Of a DNA stretch of 64,000 nucleotides, positions 18,706-28,712 are shown one piece after another (position 1 is the first letter of the stretch; every line of letters starts with the position of its first letter). Source of the stretch: an uncultured Pseudomonadota bacterium (GTDB lineage: Bacteria > Pseudomonadota > Alphaproteobacteria > Rs-D84); contig OOHL01000002.1 of NCBI GenBank assembly GCA_900321105.1, positions 141,656 to 205,655 of the forward strand, in the 5' to 3' direction. The notes beneath the pieces are model-generated. The model did not search any database, had not been told where the DNA came from, and saw only the letters and a list, made by a program, of their open reading frames with translations. Both the position numbers and the translations under genes were made by a program.

Positions 18706-19470
18706 CTATCTCTTTTCAATCTTTCTTTTACCACGAAATTGACCAATATCAAATCCCCCACCAGATTTCATAACAAAATTATACAGTTTTGTAATTGCTG
18801 GTATTTTGTCTTTCTGTTTTGCATTGAAACAATCCAATAAAAGTTTTGTAAATTTCTTATCTGGTAAAATATCTGCATGATACCGTTTTGCAAAATCTTT
18901 ATCGGTCAGAATCTTTTGTATTTTTGCATGTGATACGTGGGGTAAACAGTTAAAGTCATAATAACATTCAATCAATTTATCAACCAATGTCCAATAGAGC
19001 AAATCAATTGGATAGCCGTCTTGTTTTAATGACAGCATATCGTCATATCTACACCATATTCCATATTTCCTAAAATCATTAGAATATTTAGAAAATGGTT
19101 TTATTTTCATTTTCAATTCACGAATAGATTGTTGTTGCAGTTTTTTCATTACACCGTTTTTATCATACAAAATCTTGCCATAAGCAAACATGTTTTGATT
19201 TATTGGTGCATGACTATCCAAACCAGATTTCATATATTCCTGGTTTTTCCAAATGGGATTTATCGTATATTCAAACAAGAAACCATCAACATAACAATTT
19301 GATTTTTCTTGCCAACCCAAATCATCCGAAGCAATAATTGTGACATCTATATCTGAAAACTTGTTCTGATTTCCACTGGCATAACTTCCACAAAGAACAG
19401 CACCTTCAAACCAGGGTTTATCAATATACTGCTTCATAAATTTATCAAGTGCCTTTTCCCATTTTTGCAT
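18706..19470 (-). CDS. Nucleotidyltransferase-domain protein
   Basis: CGSYASG....SDID motif (Pol-beta superfamily). Confidence 0.8.
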   Translation of the reverse strand: MQKWEKALDKFMKQYIDKPWFEGAVLCGSYASGNQNKFSDIDVTIIASDDLGWQEKSNCYVDGFLFEYTINPIWKNQEYMKSGLDSHAPINQNMFAYGKILYDKNGVMKKLQQQSIRELKMKIKPFSKYSNDFRKYGIWCRYDDMLSLKQDGYPIDLLYWTLVDKLIECYYDFNCLPHVSHAKIQKILTDKDFAKRYHADILPDKKFTKLLLDCFNAKQKDKIPAITKLYNFVMKSGGGFDIGQFRGKRKIEKR

Positions 19471-19517
19471 TTTTAATCCTTTTTTATCGTTCAGAAATAA
19501 TTATATCACAAAATCTG

Positions 19518-19586
19518 CAAAAATTCTTTAATATCTTTGCCAAATTGCAATAAATCTTTGATTTCATTAGTTCGTAAATTGCACAG
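19518..19586. repeat. Intergenic repeat family B, copy 1 (gene 3'-end remnant)
   Basis: Minus strand reads LCNLRTNEIKDLLQFGKDIKEFL; homologs at 20380 and 22852. Confidence 0.75.
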
Positions 19587-19704
19587 ATGACCCTGCCACT
19601 ATGAGTAGCAGAGCGATTTATCGCGATGCGTCAGGAATGCCGCACAGACACAACGTGCCGAGCGAAACTAGATAAAACCGCATTTTTGCGGTTTTTTTGA
19701 TTGG

Positions 19705-19773
19705 TTTTCCAATAATTGCACGAGTTCGTAAGTTAGCTGTCAAAAACCACCACCATTTCACACATTTACGAAC
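19705..19773. repeat. Intergenic repeat family A, copy 3
   Basis: Same core gttcgtaagttagctgtcaaaaac..cacatttacgaac. Confidence 0.85.
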
Positions 19774-19849
19774 TTTTTTCAGTTGCTCGTATTGATAATT
19801 TTGTATATTGGTATATAATTTATGCAGATAATACAATGGAGATACCAAA

Positions 19850-20374
19850 ATGATTTATTACAATGTGAATGATATAATTGTTAGAGATATGATTGAAACA
19901 GACCCAGAGATAATCACTCATGAAGAACATTTACAAGGCTGGACAAACCAAAAAGTTGAAAAATACACTCAACGATTAAAAGATGTTGCAGATGGGAAAT
20001 GTGTTGCTTTGGTTGCTGAATATAAGGGCAATGTCGCTGGATATTTCAATGTGTATCCAAATTCAATGGGCGGTTCTTTTGGTGGTAAAGGATTACCTGA
20101 ATTGGTTGATTTTGGGGTGTTGGCAAAATACAGAAGACATGGTATCGGTAATGTTTTAATGCAAGTAGCAGAAGATATAGCAAAACGATATTCTGATACT
20201 GTTTATTTGGGGGTTGGTTTACATCGTGATTATGGTTCTGCACAAAGGTTATATATCAAACGTGGTTTTATTCCGGATGGTACAGGTTTATGGTGGAATG
20301 GTAAAAACCTTGAACCTTATGCTGATATGAAAAACGATGATGAAACCGCGATTTACATGTCAAAGAAGTTGTAG
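19850..20374 (+). CDS. GNAT family acetyltransferase
   Basis: V..KYRRHGIG acetyl-CoA motif; YGSAQRLYIKRGF. Confidence 0.88.
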   Translation: MIYYNVNDIIVRDMIETDPEIITHEEHLQGWTNQKVEKYTQRLKDVADGKCVALVAEYKGNVAGYFNVYPNSMGGSFGGKGLPELVDFGVLAKYRRHGIGNVLMQVAEDIAKRYSDTVYLGVGLHRDYGSAQRLYIKRGFIPDGTGLWWNGKNLEPYADMKNDDETAIYMSKKL

Positions 20375-20379
20375 TGTAT

Positions 20380-20449
20380 CCAAAAACATCTTAACATCTT
20401 TCCCGAACGACAACAAATCATGTATCTCATTAGTTCGTGAATTGCACAG
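20380..20449. repeat. Intergenic repeat family B, copy 2
   Basis: Minus strand reads LCNSRTNEIHDLLSFGKDVKMFL. Confidence 0.75.
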
Positions 20450-20461
20450 GGTGTTTCAGTA

Positions 20462-20558
20462 TTGCTTTTTTACGTGATTTGTGATATAATAAATACAAAT
20501 TGATAGACGGCATTTACACCGTCTTTTTTGTTTTACCCCGCCACGTGCGGGCTTTTTT
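20462..20558 (+). promoter_or_regulatory. Promoter plus double-hairpin leader, copy 2
   Basis: TTGCTT..TGTGATATAAT followed by gacgg/ccgtc-T and cccg/cggg-T hairpins. Confidence 0.55.
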
Positions 20559-20779
20559 ATTGTCTACATAGCAGTTCGCAAATATCAACGATTGTGGATT
20601 AAATGGGGCAATTCAATTATCAAATTAGTGAAAAATCATTGTATATGCTGGATTTCTAAGGTTTTTATCATTTTAAATTTCATCGAAATAAAAATTCGAA
20701 TTAGGAAAAAACAGTTTGCATTTAACGTTGGTGTGTGTATCATAAGTGTATACAGCAATTTATAACAAAAGGATATTCT

Positions 20780-21850
20780 ATGAAAAAATCTTTAATTTTA
20801 ACATCTGTATTGGCATTGGCTGCCTGTGGTGGTGGTTCTGGTGGTGGCAACAGTGCGGTGGCGCCAGGTATGACTGATTTTGAACGTGTGGCTGCAAGTA
20901 ATGCAAAAATTACTGGTATGGTATCAAGAATTAAAGATGGTGATTCGTATAGTAATTTATCCCGTGGCGCAACGACGCACCGTGCAGCTTCTGTTGGTAA
21001 TAATATAACAGGAACGGTTTACTTGGATGATGTGTTATTTGAATCATCAGATAAAGAATATGGTGATATAAATGAAGATTTTCAAATGCGTTTTCATGTG
21101 AATGCCAATGGAAAGATTGACGGAATATATGCTGTTGATGATGGCGAAGAAGGATTGGTAGATCGTGTTGGTGACGAAAATAAATTTTCTATGCAAGATG
21201 ACGAAGGTGAAGTGACTTTCTCTGTTGCTTTGTTAGGTCGTGAGAAAAACTTAAAATATTCTGACTTTGGATTCTTAACTATTGATGGTGTAGAATACGG
21301 AGAAAGCGAAAATAATATCACACATTTTGTTATGCCTATTGCTGGTGGATATAAAACAAAAAATATTACAGATACAATGAATGCCGATGATTTAACAAAC
21401 GATGTTGTGTTTAATGGTATTGCAGTGGCAGGTGTTGGTGAACCAGACACCACAGTTTCAGGTGAAAGATTAACATTGCGGGATAATAATGCAACGTTGA
21501 CTTTTGATAAAGAAAGTGGCAATGAAATATTGTCTGCAAATTTTGTAGGTTATACAGATTCTGAAACAGGTATTAAATATAATGATTGGTATAACGTTGA
21601 AGCAACTAAATACGCAGACGGTGATGCAAAGATTGCTTTTTCAACACCTTCTGGCAGAATAATCCCAACAGGATTTGAAGCAACGGATTCTGGTAAAGTT
21701 CAAAACAATTCTGCTGAACATCAATTAAGCATTGGTTTTAATTATTATGGAGACAGTGCTAATAATCCGAATGAAGCAACTGGTATCATCCATTATCAAT
21801 GCGAAGGATGTCAACCGTTGTTAATGGGATTTGGTGGAAAAGCCGAATAA
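20780..21850 (+). CDS. Surface lipoprotein, TbpB-like beta-barrel type
   Basis: LAAC-GGGSGGG lipobox and linker; YSDFG; C-terminal EATG...MGFGGK. Confidence 0.65.
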   Translation: MKKSLILTSVLALAACGGGSGGGNSAVAPGMTDFERVAASNAKITGMVSRIKDGDSYSNLSRGATTHRAASVGNNITGTVYLDDVLFESSDKEYGDINEDFQMRFHVNANGKIDGIYAVDDGEEGLVDRVGDENKFSMQDDEGEVTFSVALLGREKNLKYSDFGFLTIDGVEYGESENNITHFVMPIAGGYKTKNITDTMNADDLTNDVVFNGIAVAGVGEPDTTVSGERLTLRDNNATLTFDKESGNEILSANFVGYTDSETGIKYNDWYNVEATKYADGDAKIAFSTPSGRIIPTGFEATDSGKVQNNSAEHQLSIGFNYYGDSANNPNEATGIIHYQCEGCQPLLMGFGGKAE

Positions 21851-21865
21851 TGCATAAAATCATGT

Positions 21866-22447
21866 TTGCTAATTATATCATTGATATTACTGCCCGGTTT
21901 TGTCCGGGCAGAATCAACTGTGGTAAAAAAAGATAACAAAACAACAGAAATAACAGTGTCGGCATTGGATGCGGTTAAACTTGCTGGAAGGATGGTTGAA
22001 AACGGTGATATACATATTATATACGATGATAAAACAGGAAAACCAGTTAACACAAACGAACCTTTGCCGCGTGGTGCAACAATTGGATATGGGCATTTAA
22101 TAAAATCTGACGAAGATTTTAGAAATGGAATAAATGAAACAACCGCAACCGAATTATTACGCACCGATATCACAACCGCAGAACATGCAGTAAAAAATAA
22201 TATATCTGTTCCGTTAAAACAAAATCAATACGATGCGTTGGTGTCTTTGGCTTATAACATAGGTGCCAAGAATTTTGCAAATTCAACAGTTGTTAAATAT
22301 ATAAACAATCCGAATTTTCATAGTTCTGTATATCCAAATTTAGAATCTGCATGGAAAGCATGGAACCGTTCACAAGGTGAGATATCAAACGGTTTAATTA
22401 ACCGCAGACAAAACGAATGGGATATGTATAATCGTGGTATATATTGA
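21866..22447 (+). CDS. Chimeric GH24 lysozyme with an unrelated signal-peptide N-terminus; possible pseudogene
   Basis: Highly similar to 14692..15204 from IHIIYDDKTGKP onward, but lacks the LKQCEG segment. Confidence 0.65.
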   Translation: MLIISLILLPGFVRAESTVVKKDNKTTEITVSALDAVKLAGRMVENGDIHIIYDDKTGKPVNTNEPLPRGATIGYGHLIKSDEDFRNGINETTATELLRTDITTAEHAVKNNISVPLKQNQYDALVSLAYNIGAKNFANSTVVKYINNPNFHSSVYPNLESAWKAWNRSQGEISNGLINRRQNEWDMYNRGIY

Positions 22448-22484
22448 TTTGATTTCTGTTGCCATATGACTTACAATAAGGTGT

Positions 22485-22820
22485 ATGAAAAAAAGTATTG
22501 CGTTTTTTGCGTTCTTGATTGGCTGTAGTTCTGTATACAGCCAATCGTGTGATTTATGTGGTAACTGGTCTTTTGATAAATTTGAATATGTCGGGCATAT
22601 AACCACAGATTGTGAAAGCACTGCTCAGCATTTTTATGCAAACACTTATATTAAAATAGATGTTCGCAATTTTACTGTTGGAGAATATGATTTGGATGAG
22701 AAAGCCCAAGAACTTTTCGTAAAAACCGATGACGGTTTAACAGAAAAGTTTTACGTATCAAGTAAAGATTCTATTTATATTCTTTTAGATGGGTGTCGTT
22801 TTTATTTTAAACGCGATTAA
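22485..22820 (+). CDS. Hypothetical exported protein
   Basis: Signal peptide; 111 aa. Confidence 0.55.
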   Translation: MKKSIAFFAFLIGCSSVYSQSCDLCGNWSFDKFEYVGHITTDCESTAQHFYANTYIKIDVRNFTVGEYDLDEKAQELFVKTDDGLTEKFYVSSKDSIYILLDGCRFYFKRD

Positions 22821-22851
22821 TTCTGTTTGTGTTTTGTATAATTACAAAGTT

Positions 22852-22913
22852 TCCAAAAACACCTTAACTTCTTTCCCAAACAGCAATAAATCTTTGATTT
22901 CATAAAAATTGCA
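22852..22913. repeat. Intergenic repeat family B, copy 3 (degenerate)
   Basis: Minus strand reads EIKDLLLFGKEVKVFLE. Confidence 0.7.
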
Positions 22914-23033
22914 TATATAATACAAATTATTCTGATATGCGTGTATGGCGTCTACGAAGTGTCGCCATCATCGTGTAAAAATGAGAGCATGTTCCAACGA
23001 AAAAGAATATGCACAAAGAATAGAGTTGGTTTT

Positions 23034-23118
23034 GCGGGTATGGCGAAACTGGTAGACGCGCTGGATTTAGGTTCCAGTGGGGAAACCCTTAAGAGTTCAA
23101 GTCTCTTTACCCGCACCA
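23034..23118 (+). tRNA. tRNA-Leu(TAG)
   Basis: Cloverleaf with long variable arm, TAG anticodon, CCA. Confidence 0.95.
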
Positions 23119-23126
23119 AGAGCTTC

Positions 23127-24350
23127 TTATACTTTCTTGAATATCAGCGAAGTATTTATACCACCAAATGCAAAATTATTATTCATCACATATTGGGTTT
23201 CGATTTCGCGCCCTTTTCCCATTATGTAATCCAGTTTTCCACATTCAGGATCGACATCTTTTAAATTCAATGTTGGTGCAAACCAATTATTGTTCATCAT
23301 TTCAATCGACCATATTGATTCCAGCGCACCACACGCACCAAGTGTATGTCCAACATAACCCTTTTGCGTGCTGCATGGGGTATGATTTCCGAACACTGAT
23401 TCCGTTGCCAATGATTCTGCAACATCACCATGTTTGGTTCCGGTACCATGCATATCAACATATCCGATTGCATCCGGTGTTAAATTTGCACACTGCAACG
23501 ACAATTGCATACATTTTGCCATTGTATCTTTGTTTGGCTGGGTTATATGCGTGCCGTCTGTATTTGTACCAAATCCAACAATTTCTGCATATATTTTTGC
23601 ACCGCGCGCCTTGGCATGTTCGTATTCTTCCAAAATCAAGGTTGCAGCACCTTCGCCGATAACAAGGCCGTCACGATTCACATCAAATGGTGATGGTGTT
23701 TGCGATGGTGTATCGTTTTTAATACTGGTTGCATAAAGTGTATCAAACACAGCCACCTGGGTTGCATCAAATTCTTCTGCGCCACCGGCAATCATAATAT
23801 CCTGGGCACCCGATTTAATTGCTTCGTATGCATAACCGATTGCCAAACTGCCCGATGTACATGCGGTACCACTTGGTATCAAACGGCCCGTGGTTTTGAA
23901 ATAAAGCGATATGTTAACCGCCGTTGTCTGTGGCATAATTTTTATATAAGACGACGATGTAATCGGTCCTACTTCGTGTGTTTGCACCATGGAATAAAAA
24001 TCCAGAACTGGACCCGCCGAACCAAATGACGAACCATACGCAACCCCAACGCGCCCAGATGTCAACACTTCATCATCCAACATATTTGCATCCTTTAGTG
24101 CATTTTCAGATGCAACAACCGCCATTACAGAAACCGGTCCCATTGTGCGCAAAACCTTGCGATTAAAATGTGATGGGATTTCAAAATCTTTAATTGGTGC
24201 CGCCAAACAAGTATTTAATCCCTTGATTTCGCGCAAACTGTCCAACGATTCAACAGCATTTTGATAAACATGCAAACGATCAAACGAAGATTTAACATCG
24301 TTTCCCAATGCAGAAATCAAACCCATACCTGTGACAACAACCCTTTTCAT
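23127..24350 (-). CDS. Beta-ketoacyl-ACP synthase (ApeR/FabF-like)
   Basis: TACTSG, HGTGT, GHTLGA, NNFAFGG. Confidence 0.9.
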   Translation of the reverse strand: MKRVVVTGMGLISALGNDVKSSFDRLHVYQNAVESLDSLREIKGLNTCLAAPIKDFEIPSHFNRKVLRTMGPVSVMAVVASENALKDANMLDDEVLTSGRVGVAYGSSFGSAGPVLDFYSMVQTHEVGPITSSSYIKIMPQTTAVNISLYFKTTGRLIPSGTACTSGSLAIGYAYEAIKSGAQDIMIAGGAEEFDATQVAVFDTLYATSIKNDTPSQTPSPFDVNRDGLVIGEGAATLILEEYEHAKARGAKIYAEIVGFGTNTDGTHITQPNKDTMAKCMQLSLQCANLTPDAIGYVDMHGTGTKHGDVAESLATESVFGNHTPCSTQKGYVGHTLGACGALESIWSIEMMNNNWFAPTLNLKDVDPECGKLDYIMGKGREIETQYVMNNNFAFGGINTSLIFKKV

Positions 24351-25075
24351 TAAATCATTCCCCCATTTACTGAAATAACCTGACGTGTGATATATGCGGC
24401 GTCATCACTTAACAAATATGCAACCAATGATGCGATTTCTTTTGGTAATCCCATACGACGCATAGGTATCATTTTTTGAATTTCTTCAATTGGTAAATCC
24501 GCGGTCATATCTGTTTCAATTACACCCGGCGCAATACAATTCACAGTAATATTGCGTTTTGCCAATTCCACAGCCAATGATTTAACAGCGCCAATTATAC
24601 CTGCCTTGGATGCAGCATAATTAACCTGGCCACGATTACCCATTACACCTGAAATTGATGACATTGCGATAATACGACCACCCCGGCGCGCCGATATCAT
24701 TGGCATAACACATGGATGTAATACATTATAAAGCCCATCAAGGTTTGTATGCAGGACTTTGTCCCAAGATTCACCATCCATAACAGGGAAAGGATTATCT
24801 GCATTTATACCCGCATTACAAATCACACCGTAATATGCACCATTTTGTTCAATATCTGCGTTTAAAACTTTTTCTGCATCTTCACGATTTGAAATGTCAA
24901 AAGATAATATGCGCGCATGTCCACCCAAAGATTCAACTTCCTTCAAAGTTTTTTCAGCAGCCTCTTTATTGGAATTATAATGCAACACCAAATCATATCC
25001 CAATGGTGCCAAATATAGCGCAATTGCACGTCCTATGCCACGTGATGCGCCTGTTATCAAAACTGTCTTATTCAT
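24350..25075 (-). CDS. fabG: 3-oxoacyl-ACP reductase (ApeQ/FabG-like)
   Basis: TGASRGIG, GNRGQVNYAASK, TRQVISVNGG. Confidence 0.88.
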   Translation of the reverse strand: MNKTVLITGASRGIGRAIALYLAPLGYDLVLHYNSNKEAAEKTLKEVESLGGHARILSFDISNREDAEKVLNADIEQNGAYYGVICNAGINADNPFPVMDGESWDKVLHTNLDGLYNVLHPCVMPMISARRGGRIIAMSSISGVMGNRGQVNYAASKAGIIGAVKSLAVELAKRNITVNCIAPGVIETDMTADLPIEEIQKMIPMRRMGLPKEIASLVAYLLSDDAAYITRQVISVNGGMI

Positions 25076-25535
25076 TATTTACCCCCATAAAAGTTGTTAT
25101 ATCATCTGGTCTGAATGCGTTCAAAGTCGCGCTTGCCATCAAATTGTTTTTTGAATCAAAAATATTACATTCAAATGCCGCCATATTTGAATCACAGAAT
25201 ACAGATTTAACATTTATGTAATAACTTTCATTAATATTGAACACAGGTGCACAGATATGTAAATCGCGCGATCCCAGGACAAATCCCGCCGCAGCTTTCG
25301 TTACGCCTGTTTTATGAATTTCTTCTGTGCCGATATAACATGCAATTGCCTGGGCCATATATTCCAATGCGGCGGTTGTTGCGACACCATTTATGTTTTT
25401 TTGGAACAATAAATCTGTATCACGAACATCAACACGCGCAACCAATGTTTCATTATCAAAATCAGCAGATTCAATTGCAGTTATGAATTGCATAGGTGGC
25501 TGTTGCGGTAAAATTTTCGTTACATCATATTCCAT
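25068..25535 (-). CDS. Hotdog dehydratase (ApeP-like)
   Basis: LPQQPPM, LEYMAQ, GFVLGSR. Confidence 0.8.
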   Translation of the reverse strand: MEYDVTKILPQQPPMQFITAIESADFDNETLVARVDVRDTDLLFQKNINGVATTAALEYMAQAIACYIGTEEIHKTGVTKAAAGFVLGSRDLHICAPVFNINESYYINVKSVFCDSNMAAFECNIFDSKNNLMASATLNAFRPDDITTFMGVNNE

Positions 25536-25536
25536 T

Positions 25537-26673
25537 TTATTTCCCCATAATCAAACTGGCATTGCTGCCCCCGAATGCAAAGGCGTTACACAAAATACGA
25601 TTGATGTTTTTATTATCACCGACATTTGCCAGTTTTATTTTTGCACAATCATCCGCAAATTCGCCGTCATATACATGCGGTATAATAAATTGATGTTTTA
25701 ACATTAACCAAGACAACCCCATGCTGATTGCACCAGCCGCACCCAAGGTATGTCCTGTCAAAGGTTTAGTTGATGCACATAACACACCGTCACCAAAAAC
25801 ATTGTTTATCGCAATTGATTCCATTGCATCGTTTGCGATTGTTCCGGTTCCATGCATATTTATAAAATCTATATCTTTTGCATCCAGATGTGCATCTTTC
25901 AATGCCGCCGTCATAGATGCGATTGCGCCAGTCCCACTTGGGTCTGGACTGGTTAAATGATACGCATCAGAACTTTCGCCAATACCCAATAATTTAATAC
26001 CGCAACAACCCTTTTCCATTATGAATAATGCCGCGCCTTCGCCCAGATTGATGCCATCTCTGTTTTTTGACATTGGGTTTGTATGATTTTTACTTAACGC
26101 CCCCAGTGCATTAAACCCATTTAACGCAAAATCACATTGACCATCAACACCACCAACCAACATTGCATCACAAATACCAGTTTCTATCAGTTGACGTGCG
26201 GATTGAAATACCTTTAAACTAGACGAACATGCCGTAGATACAGTGAAAGCCGGCCCCATAAATCCTGTCTTTTCGCGAATATACTCGGATACAGAACCCA
26301 ATTCCAGTTCTCGTAAAACATCTTTATCAATTTCAATATTTTGCTTTAATGCAGATTCAATGTGTTTTTGTGCCTCATGCACGGCAGTATTAGAAGAACC
26401 AACAATTATCCCAAGGCGATTAACATCATAAGTTTCTTTTAATAAATTGATATCTGCCTTGATTTGATTCAATGCTGCATCGACCAAATCATGGAATCGG
26501 TCATTATGTGTTTTTTCAACTGGCGCATGTCCAAAAGGCACTTTCTCGCCGCCAACCAATATATCCGCGCTGAACATGCCTGATGCATTACCCTTGCTGG
26601 CATTTTTAATTATGTCTTCGTGATTTGCGCCCAGCGCACACACGAAACCAAGATTTTTTAACACATATTCCAT
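25537..26673 (-). CDS. Beta-ketoacyl-ACP synthase (ApeO-like)
   Basis: STACSSS, GINLGEGAA, HGTGT..ND, GHTLGAAG; start moved to 26673. Confidence 0.88.
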   Translation of the reverse strand: MEYVLKNLGFVCALGANHEDIIKNASKGNASGMFSADILVGGEKVPFGHAPVEKTHNDRFHDLVDAALNQIKADINLLKETYDVNRLGIIVGSSNTAVHEAQKHIESALKQNIEIDKDVLRELELGSVSEYIREKTGFMGPAFTVSTACSSSLKVFQSARQLIETGICDAMLVGGVDGQCDFALNGFNALGALSKNHTNPMSKNRDGINLGEGAALFIMEKGCCGIKLLGIGESSDAYHLTSPDPSGTGAIASMTAALKDAHLDAKDIDFINMHGTGTIANDAMESIAINNVFGDGVLCASTKPLTGHTLGAAGAISMGLSWLMLKHQFIIPHVYDGEFADDCAKIKLANVGDNKNINRILCNAFAFGGSNASLIMGK

Positions 26674-26748
26674 TTCAAATCCGACTTGCAAAATAGGAAT
26701 CTTTTTATATAATGCGTAAGTATTGCATAAAAAAACGAATTTTCAAGT

Positions 26749-27378
26749 ATGAACAAAACATTATATATTGATAAATTTATTTTTTGGAACGAAACAGACG
26801 CGGAAAATATTCCCGATGTGTCGTTTATACCGCCTATGGCACGACGCAGAATGAGCATCTTGGAAAAGATTGCGGTATCTTTGGCATCTAAAATTGCACC
26901 AGAAACCCCAGATTATCGTGTTGTTTTTGCATCTCAATTTGGTGAATGGGACCAAACAATCAGATTGATAAAACAATTTTATTCTGACTGCGAAATGTCA
27001 CCAGCAGGATTCAGCAATTCGGTTCACAATGCCGCGCTGGGTCATTTGTCATTACTAACTAAAAATCACGAAAGTTATACTTCTATTGCCGCCGGGGCGC
27101 AGACTTTGGAAATGGGATTACTGGAATCCTTTACAACAAAAACACCTGTCCTGTTCATATATTCCGAAGAAAAAACACCAGACGAATATCAACATATGTT
27201 TAATGAACCAATAAAGTCCCATGGATGTGCATTGTTCATAAATAATGATGGAAAAAACGAATTTGAATTCATTTCACAAACAAATGATTGCAACACAATC
27301 AAATATCAGGATTTAAAAGATTTCTTTGAAAACGGCAACGAATTAAATGCACAAAAATGGAAACTGATAAAAAAATAA
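26749..27378 (+). CDS. Ketosynthase chain-length factor (ApeC-like)
   Basis: IPPMARRRMS, VFASQFGE, SPAGFSNSVHN. Confidence 0.82.
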   Translation: MNKTLYIDKFIFWNETDAENIPDVSFIPPMARRRMSILEKIAVSLASKIAPETPDYRVVFASQFGEWDQTIRLIKQFYSDCEMSPAGFSNSVHNAALGHLSLLTKNHESYTSIAAGAQTLEMGLLESFTTKTPVLFIYSEEKTPDEYQHMFNEPIKSHGCALFINNDGKNEFEFISQTNDCNTIKYQDLKDFFENGNELNAQKWKLIKK

Positions 27379-28109
27379 TGAAAAAAATTATACGTTCTGT
27401 TTTAAGTGGTTTTTGTTTTACCGTTTTCGGTCTGGGTGGAATAATTGCCGGAACGCTGATTGTCCCAATCCCACTATTATTATTAAACAAACGCAATCAA
27501 AGACGCGTATTGTCAGGGACTGTTCATTATTTGTGGCGCGCATTTATCTGGTTAATGTGCGCGCTTAAATTGATAGATGTAAAAATTCAAGGTGCTGAAA
27601 AATTAAAGAATATGCGTGGCAAGATAGTTATCGCAAATCACCCATCCCTTATTGATGTTGTTATATTGGTCGCAAAAATTCCACGTTCAATCTGTGTTGT
27701 CAAAGGCAGTCTTTTTCAAAATATATTCGTAAAATATGTTATACGACATGTTTACCTGTCTAATTCAATGGAACCAGAAACATTTATCAAACAGGCTTCA
27801 ACCATCTTGGACGATGGATATAATATAATAATTTTTCCCGAAGGCACCCGCACAATTCCAAACAAACCAATTCATATGCATCGCGGATTTGCGTATTTAC
27901 ATCTGAATTCAAGACATGACATACAACCAATCCACATAGAAAACAACCCTTATATTTTGGGTAAAGGTCATAAATGGTATTCGGTTGGCGACAAAACATC
28001 CGTTTATACATTAAAAGTCTTGCCAACCATAAAATCTGCAAAATTTGAAAACAATCGTCAAAACGCAATTAAAATCACTCAGCGCGCCCAAAAAGCCCTA
28101 TTTTCTTGA
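27378..28109 (+). CDS. PlsC-type acyltransferase (ApeD-like)
   Basis: ANHPSLID, FPEGTR. Confidence 0.85.
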   Translation: MKKIIRSVLSGFCFTVFGLGGIIAGTLIVPIPLLLLNKRNQRRVLSGTVHYLWRAFIWLMCALKLIDVKIQGAEKLKNMRGKIVIANHPSLIDVVILVAKIPRSICVVKGSLFQNIFVKYVIRHVYLSNSMEPETFIKQASTILDDGYNIIIFPEGTRTIPNKPIHMHRGFAYLHLNSRHDIQPIHIENNPYILGKGHKWYSVGDKTSVYTLKVLPTIKSAKFENNRQNAIKITQRAQKALFS

Positions 28110-28177
28110 TATAAAAATTTGACAATCGCACTTTCTTTGTCTAATATCTATCAGGTATAAAACCCCAGGAATAAGAT

Positions 28178-28453
28178 ATGAAAAGACAAGAACTTGAACA
28201 AGAAATCAAAGAAATTATTATTTCTGCTTTGGATTTGGAAGATGTGACTGTGGCAGATATTGATTCTGCGGCACCTCTTTTCAACGAAGGTTTGGGATTG
28301 GATTCTATTGACGCTTTGGAATTAGGCATGGCTTTGAAAAAGAAATATGATGTTAATTTCAAATCCGACAAGGAAGAAAACAAACAATTCTTTAAATCTG
28401 TCGCCGCATTGGCAGAATATATTGCACAATCTAAAAACATCACATTGGAGTAA
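28178..28453 (+). CDS. Acyl carrier protein (ApeE-like)
   Basis: GLGLDSIDALEL. Confidence 0.9.
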   Translation: MKRQELEQEIKEIIISALDLEDVTVADIDSAAPLFNEGLGLDSIDALELGMALKKKYDVNFKSDKEENKQFFKSVAALAEYIAQSKNITLE

Positions 28454-28457
28454 ACAC

Positions 28458-28712
28458 ATGCACACAAAACAGGAAATTTTTGATACTATCAAAGAAATTT
28501 TAGTAAAAGATTTTGATTGTGATGAATCAAAAATCAAAATGGAATCTAATCTGGTTGAAGATTTAGATTTGGACAGTATCGACGCCGTTGATTTGGTCGT
28601 TAAATTGCAAGGTATTATCAACCGCAAAGTAGATCCTGAAGATTTTAAACAAATTCGTACATTACAGGATGTCGTAAATGCAGTTGAAAAAATTGTTAAC
28701 GCTGACCGCTAA
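28458..28712 (+). CDS. Acyl carrier protein (ApeF-like)
   Basis: DLDLDSIDAVDL; ATG at 28458. Confidence 0.88.
   Translation: MHTKQEIFDTIKEILVKDFDCDESKIKMESNLVEDLDLDSIDAVDLVVKLQGIINRKVDPEDFKQIRTLQDVVNAVEKIVNADR

Noticed and set aside
16534-19773. Canonical integron attC sites
   Set aside because: The RYYYAAC...GTTRRRY arrangement is not present in the expected order, genes lie in mixed orientations, and there is no intI.
19618-19848. 76-aa minus-strand ORF as a real gene
   Set aside because: It spans repeat A copy 3 and the neighbouring promoter region; treated as a remnant or spurious frame.
14692-22447. Prophage suggested by two lysozymes (and the Imm gene at 57004)
   Set aside because: No terminase, capsid, portal, holin cassette or integrase is visible.
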